A stretch of 62,031 nucleotides of DNA from Candidatus Magasanikiibacteriota bacterium (lineage in GTDB: Bacteria > Patescibacteriota > Patescibacteriia > Magasanikbacterales > 2-02-FULL-50-9b), in assembly GCA_023246755.1 (NCBI GenBank), contig JAHFHU010000006.1, forward strand, positions 1 through 62,031. The letters are read 5' to 3'. Within the stretch, counting starts at the first letter, position 1. Every line of letters begins with the position of its first letter. Below, in pieces: positions 1-7,711 of this stretch. Made by a program: the position numbers and the translations under genes. The notes below the pieces were generated by a model. That model was given only the letters and a program-made list of their open reading frames with translations, did not search any database and was not told the DNA's origin.

Positions 1-1299
1 TTGATAAACAACGATTCATTATTTACTTTAAAAACTCGATTTTTAAATTGGAACGTCGCAATCGAGGCGATTAAACAGCGCCCGTCATTCGGATGGGGTT
101 GGGGAAATTATCGAAGTGCGGTTGATAAAAATTTCGATTCGCGGTTGGCGCAGTACTCGTTTTATGAAACGAGAATCGATAAACCGCACAATGTATTTTT
201 GGAAATGTGGGCGACAACAGGGACGGTCGGGTTTGCGATTTATCTTGGTTTTCTCGCGAGCATATTTTATGCAATACGACGCGTGCAGGCGTCCGGCGCT
301 GTGAGTGCGCGGGGCGCGTGGGTCATCGGTGGTTTTTTTGTCGCGACGTCTATTCAGAATTTTTTTACCTTTGATACTCCGCAATCACTGTTAGTTTTTT
401 TTGTGGTGTGCGCTTTTGTTGCGACGCATGACCCGCACATAGTTTTTGAGTTTTCGGAAATAAAATTTTTGCAGCGTAGATTGCTTGCGGGTATTTTTTT
501 GATTCTGATGATACCGATCCTCATTTATGGTGGTTTGGGTGTCGCGCGCGCGGGATTTTATATTCAAGCAGGACAAGATGCGGCGATGGCACATGATATT
601 GATGCAGTTGATCGTTTGTACCGATCGGCGATGTCGGGGGTGCGCGGGCCTTATTATTTCGAAACGTGGCGATGGTTTGCGCAAGCGTTTCTGTATGATT
701 ATGCGGCAGGAACACGAAAAATTTCTGAGATGAATCCTGATCAATTGCGTCATTGGAATCAAGATGTCGATCAAATCGCGGCATCGCTCACAGAATATAC
801 TGCGCAGCATCCCACATCAGTTGATTGGCAAACGTTTGGTGGCAAAATCGCATACTACATTGCAATTGCGCGCGGCGAAGATCGTTATTTGGGTAGTGCT
901 GAACGTTTGTTTTTGCGTTCGTATGAACTATCTCCACGTCGGCAAGAGGCTCCGGTGCTGCTCGGCTATGTTTACGGTCTTAAAGGTAATACACCTGCAG
1001 CGATACAGTGGTATGAGATTGCAGCTACGCTGTCGGGAACTGATGAGAACAAGCGGCTGTTAAATTTTTTGCTTGGTGGTTTTATCAAAACAGGGGACGC
1101 AGCGAGTAGTGTCAAAATTCTTGAAATTGCGGTACGATATCAGCCGGACGCGGAGACCTTCGCGCAACTTGCTGCGGCGTATGCTGCCCAACATCGATAT
1201 TCAGAGGCCCAAACTGCTGTTGCTCGCGCCGTAGAGTTGGATGCATCATTCGCTCCAGACGCGCAAAAATTTCTCTCAACATTTCCATCGCATAAATAA
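1..1299 (+). CDS. O-antigen ligase-like (Wzy_C-type) membrane protein with C-terminal TPR-like repeats; 5' end lies outside the window
   Basis: Frame is open from the window edge to the stop at 1297-1299. The segment WGWGNY...KPHNVFLEMWATTG resembles the conserved loop of O-antigen ligase/polymerase-family proteins. Hydrophobic helices are followed by an Ala/Tyr/Leu-periodic C-terminal half. Same architecture as the next gene. Confidence 0.7.
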   Translation: MINNDSLFTLKTRFLNWNVAIEAIKQRPSFGWGWGNYRSAVDKNFDSRLAQYSFYETRIDKPHNVFLEMWATTGTVGFAIYLGFLASIFYAIRRVQASGAVSARGAWVIGGFFVATSIQNFFTFDTPQSLLVFFVVCAFVATHDPHIVFEFSEIKFLQRRLLAGIFLILMIPILIYGGLGVARAGFYIQAGQDAAMAHDIDAVDRLYRSAMSGVRGPYYFETWRWFAQAFLYDYAAGTRKISEMNPDQLRHWNQDVDQIAASLTEYTAQHPTSVDWQTFGGKIAYYIAIARGEDRYLGSAERLFLRSYELSPRRQEAPVLLGYVYGLKGNTPAAIQWYEIAATLSGTDENKRLLNFLLGGFIKTGDAASSVKILEIAVRYQPDAETFAQLAAAYAAQHRYSEAQTAVARAVELDASFAPDAQKFLSTFPSHK

Positions 1300-1301
1300 C
1301 T

Positions 1302-3554
1302 ATGGCTTCAACGAATGTAATGACATCAGACTCGGCACGCGAATATTTGGTTCAGATTTTGATTTATGCAGCGATGCTCACCCCGCTGATCGTTGTGTCG
1401 ACCAACACAATTTTTCCGTTTATTTTTCCAAAGGCCATTTTTTTTGAATCAATTGTCGGATTGCTCGCCGTGATTTTGGTTCCGATTTTGCTGAGCGTAT
1501 CCACCTATCGCATAAAAAATATTTACACGTATGTTTTTGGTGTGTATGCAATTATTCTTGTTTTGACCGGAATTTTTGCATTAAATCCAACCCGAGCATT
1601 TTGGAGTAACTTTGAGCGCATGACCGGAATTGTTTACATCCTCACCGCGATGGCATTCTCATATTTTGTCGCTGCTTTTTTTAAGGCACACCCAAAGCGT
1701 GTCCAATCATTTTTGTCTTACATCGTCGGACTGTCTGTTATCGTTGATTTTACTGGGCTCTATCAGCGAATCGACCCGTCATTTTTGATGAGTCAAAGTT
1801 CGCGTGTCGCGGGCACCTTTGGCAATCCGATTTATTTGGGTGGTTTCGCAGCGGAATGTATTCTCGTTTCTGCCTATTTGATCTATGTATATCGAACGTC
1901 ATCAATTAAATGGTGGTATGTTGGCGCGCTTGTCATCAATTTTATTGCACTATATTTAAGCGGTACGCGAAGTTCGGTGCTTGCGCTCGGTGTCGCCGGC
2001 GTCTTCATCGGAATTTTTTTGTCGAAACAATTTTTTCATCAACACAAAAAAAGGGTGATTTCGGCGTGGGCGATTATTGTTGTAGCGACAGCCGCTCTCT
2101 TTGGAGCGCACTACATTTTCCCGCAAACATTTGATGCGACATCGCTTTTATTTCGCTTCACGGATGTTCGATCAATTTTTGAGTCAACCGGTTCGACGCG
2201 TTTGATTGCATGGAAAATTGCGATCAAAGGATTTACCGTGCGTCCTTTTTTTGGATGGGGACCTGAAAATTTTGTGTATGTTTTCAATCAATATTATAAC
2301 GCAAAAATTCTGACGTTTGGTGTGTATGAAACATGGTTTGATCATGCGCACAACGCGTTTTTCGATGTGCTGGTCACGCAAGGCCTCATCGGGATTCTCG
2401 GCTATCTCGCGCAATACGCCGTCGTTTTATGGATGTGTTTTAAAACACGCGTCGCTTCAATTGAAGAAAAATTTTTATCCGTCGCACTCGCGTCGATTTT
2501 TGTCGTTCATTTTATTCACAATTTTTTTGTCTTTGATCATCCGGCGTCTTACATCATGTTTTATGCGTTTGTCGGTATCGTTGTCGCGCGATACACGTAT
2601 CGTAACCATCTCGCTGACGGCGCGCAACAACCGCAAAAGACCGTGCCGATCGCGTTGCCATCCTTATCAAGCACACGAAATTTATGCGTGATGGGTGGCA
2701 TTTTAGTGGTGACGGGAATGATGGTGATTCCTGCCATGCGTCAAAATTATTTAGATTATCAGGGTCAAGGCTTGGCATCCGTCGATCTTCAATTAAGTCA
2801 GGAAAATTTTCAACGCGCGCTCGACATTGACGGGCCGTTCACCGCAGATGTCGTTATGGATATTGGGCGTGTTGCACAACGAATTCCGGTGAATACAGGA
2901 AATGATGCAACGCCATTTTTGAACGTGCCTAACTTAAAACAGTTTTTTGATTTTGCAACGAATAAACTTGATAACCATCTCGTTCATGTCGATCCGTTTA
3001 ATGAAATGGTCGCCTTGATGGAAGCGCAACTTTTTATGAATGCGACGCAAGCGGGGGATCGACAAGCGGCGCAAAAATCAGACGCGGCGTATGTGCTTGC
3101 AACTCGTTTGAGTCCGGATCGACAACAAGTTGCGTATTCGTGGGCACGACTTAAGATGCTCATGCAAGATGCAAAAAGCGCTGAAAAAATTCTTGTCGAT
3201 TCGATTAATAAAGAACCGGCGATTCCGATTGGACATTGGTATCTCGCAATCACGCTACTCGATGTAGATCCGGAACGTGCTGCGCGCGAAATTGATGTGG
3301 CGGCGCAATATGGTTATGATATTCATTCACCTGCAAATCGTTTGTTGACGGCGGTCATATTTGGACGCGCCGGAAGAATTTCCGAAGCGGCGGATAATTT
3401 TGAGCGCGCGCTTGAAAATGCTTCAACAATTCCGTGGGATGAAGCCGCCGTTAAGCTCGCTGACGAAGTGTTTCAAAAAACAAATCGAACGACTCAGCGC
3501 GATTTGCTCCACGCAAAGTTTTCATCGCCGTTTCTGAAAACGACACATAAATAA
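1302..3554 (+). CDS. O-antigen ligase-like polytopic membrane protein fused to C-terminal TPR repeats
   Basis: 750-aa ORF with at least 10 hydrophobic helices. Contains GTRSSVLALGVAG, WGPENF and HAHNAFFDVLVTQGLIG motifs typical of the Wzy_C/O-antigen ligase family. The last ~250 aa are TPR-like. Starts 3 nt after the upstream stop. Confidence 0.75.
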   Translation: MASTNVMTSDSAREYLVQILIYAAMLTPLIVVSTNTIFPFIFPKAIFFESIVGLLAVILVPILLSVSTYRIKNIYTYVFGVYAIILVLTGIFALNPTRAFWSNFERMTGIVYILTAMAFSYFVAAFFKAHPKRVQSFLSYIVGLSVIVDFTGLYQRIDPSFLMSQSSRVAGTFGNPIYLGGFAAECILVSAYLIYVYRTSSIKWWYVGALVINFIALYLSGTRSSVLALGVAGVFIGIFLSKQFFHQHKKRVISAWAIIVVATAALFGAHYIFPQTFDATSLLFRFTDVRSIFESTGSTRLIAWKIAIKGFTVRPFFGWGPENFVYVFNQYYNAKILTFGVYETWFDHAHNAFFDVLVTQGLIGILGYLAQYAVVLWMCFKTRVASIEEKFLSVALASIFVVHFIHNFFVFDHPASYIMFYAFVGIVVARYTYRNHLADGAQQPQKTVPIALPSLSSTRNLCVMGGILVVTGMMVIPAMRQNYLDYQGQGLASVDLQLSQENFQRALDIDGPFTADVVMDIGRVAQRIPVNTGNDATPFLNVPNLKQFFDFATNKLDNHLVHVDPFNEMVALMEAQLFMNATQAGDRQAAQKSDAAYVLATRLSPDRQQVAYSWARLKMLMQDAKSAEKILVDSINKEPAIPIGHWYLAITLLDVDPERAAREIDVAAQYGYDIHSPANRLLTAVIFGRAGRISEAADNFERALENASTIPWDEAAVKLADEVFQKTNRTTQRDLLHAKFSSPFLKTTHK

Positions 3555-3560
3555 TTTTAC

Positions 3561-4727
3561 ATGCAACCCGATTCCCGCCCGCACATCATCGTTGTCACAA
3601 CTGCATTTACTCCATTTTTGGGTGGTGCTGAAATTGCGATGCAAGAAATTATTAAACGCCTCGGTTCGCAATTTCGTTTTACCGTTGTAACCGCGCGTTT
3701 GAAAAAAACAGTTCCGAAACATGATCAGTGGGCCGATGCGCGGGTGATCCGTGTTGGATGGGGCTGTGCATTTGATAAAATTTTTCTTATTTTTGCAACG
3801 CCGTTTATCGTGGCGCGACTTAAAAAAACGGAATCTGCGAAACTTGTGTGGGCGGTGATGGCAAGTTATGCGGGTGCTGGCGCGTATCTCGCGCGGATTT
3901 TTTCCGGTGTACCGTTTGTCCTTACGTTGCAGGAAGGTGACGATTTGAAAACCATAGAGCGGCGCGTTGGCCCCGCGATGCCGTTATTTCGAAAAATTTT
4001 TGTACACGCAGCGGGCATCCAAGTTATTGCCCCATTTCTTGCGGATTGGGCGAAGAAAATTGGCGCGCGCGCTAATCCAATCACCGTTCCAAACGGCGTA
4101 AATCCGGAATTATTTGCAATGAATTCAGAAGAGCGCGCTATCTATCGAAAAAAAATTCGGTCTGATCTTGCAATCCCGGAGCAGGCGCCGGTCGTTCTCA
4201 CTATTTCTCGACTCGTTCCAAAAAATGGCGTCGCAACTTTAATCGACGCGGTAGCCAAGACGCCGCATCATCACGCAATTATTATCGGCGACGGATCGTT
4301 GCGTTCTGAATTAGAGGCGCGTGCCACAACGGCAGGCGCTCGTGATCGTGTGCATTTTGTTGGATTTCAAGAACAAAACCAACTCTCTCGTTTTGCTGCA
4401 GCATCTGACATTTTTTCGCGACCTGCCGTGAGCGAAGGGCAAGGAATCGCATTTCTCGAAGCGATGTGTATGGGCTTGCCGATAATCGCAACGCGTGTTG
4501 GTGGAATTCCGAGTGTCATCATCGACGGCGAAAATGGAATTTTAATTGAACCAAACGATGCCGCTGCCCTCGCACAAACGCTACTTGCCTTGACGCCCGG
4601 AAATGAGCGGTGCGAACAGTTGGCATCTCATGGACGCGAGCATGTTAAAAAATATTCGTGGGACGTTTTGGTTCCGCGCATCGAACAGTGGCTGCAAACG
4701 TGTCTTGAACAGAGTTCTCAAATTTGA
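3561..4727 (+). CDS. GT-B fold glycosyltransferase, family 4-like
   Basis: C-terminal signature EGQGIAFLEAMCMGLPIIATRVGGIPSVIIDGENGILIEP is the typical GT4 nucleotide-sugar binding region. Confidence 0.85.
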   Translation: MQPDSRPHIIVVTTAFTPFLGGAEIAMQEIIKRLGSQFRFTVVTARLKKTVPKHDQWADARVIRVGWGCAFDKIFLIFATPFIVARLKKTESAKLVWAVMASYAGAGAYLARIFSGVPFVLTLQEGDDLKTIERRVGPAMPLFRKIFVHAAGIQVIAPFLADWAKKIGARANPITVPNGVNPELFAMNSEERAIYRKKIRSDLAIPEQAPVVLTISRLVPKNGVATLIDAVAKTPHHHAIIIGDGSLRSELEARATTAGARDRVHFVGFQEQNQLSRFAAASDIFSRPAVSEGQGIAFLEAMCMGLPIIATRVGGIPSVIIDGENGILIEPNDAAALAQTLLALTPGNERCEQLASHGREHVKKYSWDVLVPRIEQWLQTCLEQSSQI

Positions 4728-4773
4728 CATACGTCGTTTTGATTTGATATTCTTTTATTCACGTTATAATTAT

Positions 4774-5571
4774 ATGCAAAATAAATCTACGATCGGTGTT
4801 ATCGGCGCGGGCATGGTGGGCGGAGCGACAATTCGATATTTTGAATCAATTAAATCGCCCGTTGTTGTGTACGACCCTTTTAAAGGTTTTACCGACAAAA
4901 CTGTTTTGGAGCAAGCTGATTTTATATTTATTTGCGTGCCAACTCCTTACGAAGAGGCGAGCGGTGGTTTCAGTTTGACCTACGTGCGCGATGCGCTTTC
5001 GATCACGCCACACGGAAAAATCGTGGTGATTAAATCAACCGTTTTACCGGGAAGCACCGAGGCGCTTCAAAAAGAATATCCGGAGGTTAAAATTTTATTT
5101 AATCCGGAATTTTTGACCGAAGAGTCTGCGGATCAAGACATGCGATTTCCCGATCGTCAGGTTATCGGATACACAAAAGAAAGCTACGGTGTTTCGGCGG
5201 ATCTGATGCTGCTTTTGCCGCTCGCGCCCTTTGGTCGAATTATGCCGGCAACGGAAGCGGAAATGGTTAAGTATTACGCGAATACATGGTTTTCGACAAA
5301 AGTTGTTTTTGCAAACCAAATGTACGATGTGTGTGAAAAAATGGGAATCAATTACGATACGGTTAAAGAATCTGCGGCCGCGGATAAACGGATTGGCCGG
5401 TCGCATCTCGATATTTTTCACAAGGGTGCGCGCGGCTATGGCGGCAAATGTTTGCCGAAAGACACACGCGCGATGATTCAACTTGGCGAACGAATTGGTG
5501 CGCCGCAAGATTTGCTTAAAGCCGTTGAGCAAATCAACAACAAATTAACGGAAGATGGCACGAAAAAATAA
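4774..5571 (+). CDS. UDP-glucose/GDP-mannose dehydrogenase-family protein, short form (NAD-binding plus central domain only)
   Basis: Rossmann motif GVIGAGMVGG sits at the N-terminus and the catalytic-Cys motif is GGKCLPKD. ATG 4774 was chosen because the track ORF from 4603 overlaps the upstream GT gene. The product is only ~265 aa and stops 10 nt before the convergent gene. Confidence 0.75.
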   Translation: MQNKSTIGVIGAGMVGGATIRYFESIKSPVVVYDPFKGFTDKTVLEQADFIFICVPTPYEEASGGFSLTYVRDALSITPHGKIVVIKSTVLPGSTEALQKEYPEVKILFNPEFLTEESADQDMRFPDRQVIGYTKESYGVSADLMLLLPLAPFGRIMPATEAEMVKYYANTWFSTKVVFANQMYDVCEKMGINYDTVKESAAADKRIGRSHLDIFHKGARGYGGKCLPKDTRAMIQLGERIGAPQDLLKAVEQINNKLTEDGTKK

Positions 5572-5580
5572 CGTGCCGGT

Positions 5581-6954
5581 TTAGCGCCCTTTTCTGTAAA
5601 GCACGACGTGCAAGGTTTTGAGAATAACCGTTACGTCCAGCAACAGTGATCTGTTTTTGATGTAATACACGTCGTATTGAAATTTGGTGAGTTGTTGCTC
5701 AACGGTTTCAGCGTAGGGGTAGTTAATTTGCGCCCAACCGGTGAGGCCGGGTTTGATTAAATTGCGTATCGTGTAATACGGCATGTGTTTTTCAAATTGA
5801 TTAACAAATTCTGGTCGTTCGGGACGCGGCCCGATGATGCCCATTTCACCTTTTAAAACATTGATGACTTGGGGCAGTTCGTCGATGCGTAATCTGCGAA
5901 TGATGCGGCCCGCGCGTGTAACGCGGGGATCGCTTTCCGTCGTAATTTGCGCTCCCGTTAATTCTGCGCCACCGTCTTTTGTTAGGGCGTGCATCGTTCT
6001 AAATTTAATAACTTTGAAATGTTTGCCGCGTTTGCCGACGCGTTCCTGAAGATAAAATAAGGGGCCGGGCGATGTTGAACGAATGGCAAGTGCGATAAAT
6101 GGAGTGATGATTCCGAGAATGATGAGGCCTAAGATGCTTAAAATATAGTCGATGCCGCGCTGGATTGTTTCGTAGAGCGGCATGTGTGTTGGGCGAATAT
6201 TTTCGAAAAACCACGAGTCGTTCAGTGCGCTGAGTGACACGCGACCGGTTAATGATTCAAAAAAACTTGTTCCGGGAATCGTGTAAATGTTCCAAAATAA
6301 AAGCTCGTACAGCTCGGTATTAAGTCTTGACGATGTATCCGGCATCAAAGAAGGCACGGTTATCGTGTTGATGTGATATTCGGATGCGATCGCTCGAATT
6401 GGTTGTGATTCCGGGAATCGTTTGATATCGGGCGGAAGGATCCGGTCAGCGGGGGCGACGACGCCGACGATGTGATAACCAAGCTGCGGGTTTTTTTGCA
6501 ATTGTTCAAGCAGTTCGATAAGATCGTCCGTTGGGTTAATCGCAAGAACACGAATTCCACCGTGTGCGCGATTGCTGATGATGAAGCGCCACAGAATAAA
6601 AAAAGCCGCGAAAATAACACTTAAGATGAAGAGGTTGGTGCGTGGAGCGATTTGAAAATAGGGCACGAAGTAAAACAGTACTGCCGCGAGCCCGACCGAG
6701 ACAAGCCAACTCTCACTAAAACGCTTTAAAAAGGATTGTGAAACTTTTGTGTTGTAGAGATCGTATAAACCATTGACGTACATGACGACGAGCCAAACCA
6801 TGAAAATCATGGTCATGGGGATTGCGTGGAGTCGGAGCTGGAATTCAAAGTCTGCCAGTTTGTAACGAAATAACAGTGCACACACAAGCGCGGCGTATAA
6901 AATCGTCAAATCGCCGGTAAGAAGAAGTATTTGTCGTACTTTGACAGCGCGCAT
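5581..6954 (-). CDS. Polyprenyl-phosphate glycosyl-1-phosphate transferase (WbaP/bacterial sugar transferase family), priming enzyme
   Basis: N-terminal TM helices. The C-terminal domain carries SPGPLFYLQERVGKRGKHFKVIKFRTM and DELPQVINVLKGEMGIIGPRPERPEF. Confidence 0.9.
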   Translation of the reverse strand: MRAVKVRQILLLTGDLTILYAALVCALLFRYKLADFEFQLRLHAIPMTMIFMVWLVVMYVNGLYDLYNTKVSQSFLKRFSESWLVSVGLAAVLFYFVPYFQIAPRTNLFILSVIFAAFFILWRFIISNRAHGGIRVLAINPTDDLIELLEQLQKNPQLGYHIVGVVAPADRILPPDIKRFPESQPIRAIASEYHINTITVPSLMPDTSSRLNTELYELLFWNIYTIPGTSFFESLTGRVSLSALNDSWFFENIRPTHMPLYETIQRGIDYILSILGLIILGIITPFIALAIRSTSPGPLFYLQERVGKRGKHFKVIKFRTMHALTKDGGAELTGAQITTESDPRVTRAGRIIRRLRIDELPQVINVLKGEMGIIGPRPERPEFVNQFEKHMPYYTIRNLIKPGLTGWAQINYPYAETVEQQLTKFQYDVYYIKNRSLLLDVTVILKTLHVVLYRKGR

Positions 6955-6970
6955 AGTTTTTCGTTATAAT
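6941..6970 (+). promoter_or_regulatory. Sigma70-like promoter for the TPR gene (TTGACA-18 nt-TATAAT)
   Basis: TTGACA at 6941-6946 lies inside the first codons of the divergent gene. TATAAT is at 6965-6970 and the ATG at 7015. Confidence 0.6.
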
Positions 6971-6977
6971 TGTGCTT

Positions 6978-7006
6978 GTTATAACATAAAATCAGAAATA
7001 TTTCAA
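6978..7006 (-). promoter_or_regulatory. Sigma70-like promoter for the sugar-transferase gene (TTGAAA-17 nt-TATAAC on the minus strand)
   Basis: The reverse complement reads TTGAAAtatttctgattttatgtTATAAC. It faces the start codon at 6954 and is interleaved with the + strand promoter. Confidence 0.5.
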
Positions 7007-7014
7007 GTGATGCT

Positions 7015-7710
7015 ATGCAAGCTGAAAAAAAGCGTTTATTTCTTATACTTATCATCGGTATTTTGGTCTGCGCGGCAATCGCGTTTTTTGTTGCTCGTTC
7101 GCGGCCGGTAGCCGTGCCGGATCGTTCGGTTTTGAATGGAAAATCCGAGCTACAGTCGGCGTACGATCAGGCGCGCGAGTATACGGGGAAAATATCAAAA
7201 AATCCTCAAGAAGTTGTGAATTACGTCGTTGCGGGGAACGCGTGGAAGCTTATTGCGGATAGCGTCCGCGAACCAGTTTGGTACCGCCTGTCACTTGAGG
7301 TATACGATCAGGGCATCGCCGCAACGCAATCAAAAAATTCGTTGCTCTTAACAAACGCAGGACAGATTGCCGAAGAGCTCGGCGAGTTTGATAAAGCAAA
7401 AAAATACTATCAAATTTCGATTGATCTTGCGCCGGGCGATGCGAACTATCATCTTTTATATATCAAATTGTTGAAAAATAAATATCACGCGTCGGAGCAA
7501 GAGGTACTGCGGGCATATGACATTGCGATGTCTCGTGTCGTTGGGGGGGCTGACCTCGTATCAAGTCGGCTGCAATATTTGAAATCGATTGGTCGGTACC
7601 AAGACGCCATCGACGATCTTGAATTGCTCTACAAAAATAAAATAATTACTTCAGAGCAATATGCGGGTGAGCACGCTGAAATCGAACAGTTAAAATCCAC
7701 ACATAAATAA
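7015..7710 (+). CDS. Membrane-anchored TPR-repeat protein
   Basis: N-terminal hydrophobic anchor LFLILIIGILVCAAIAFFVA, followed by TPR-like repeats (e.g. AEELGEFDKAKKYYQISIDLAPGDANYH). Confidence 0.6.
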   Translation: MQAEKKRLFLILIIGILVCAAIAFFVARSRPVAVPDRSVLNGKSELQSAYDQAREYTGKISKNPQEVVNYVVAGNAWKLIADSVREPVWYRLSLEVYDQGIAATQSKNSLLLTNAGQIAEELGEFDKAKKYYQISIDLAPGDANYHLLYIKLLKNKYHASEQEVLRAYDIAMSRVVGGADLVSSRLQYLKSIGRYQDAIDDLELLYKNKIITSEQYAGEHAEIEQLKSTHK

Positions 7711-7711
7711 T

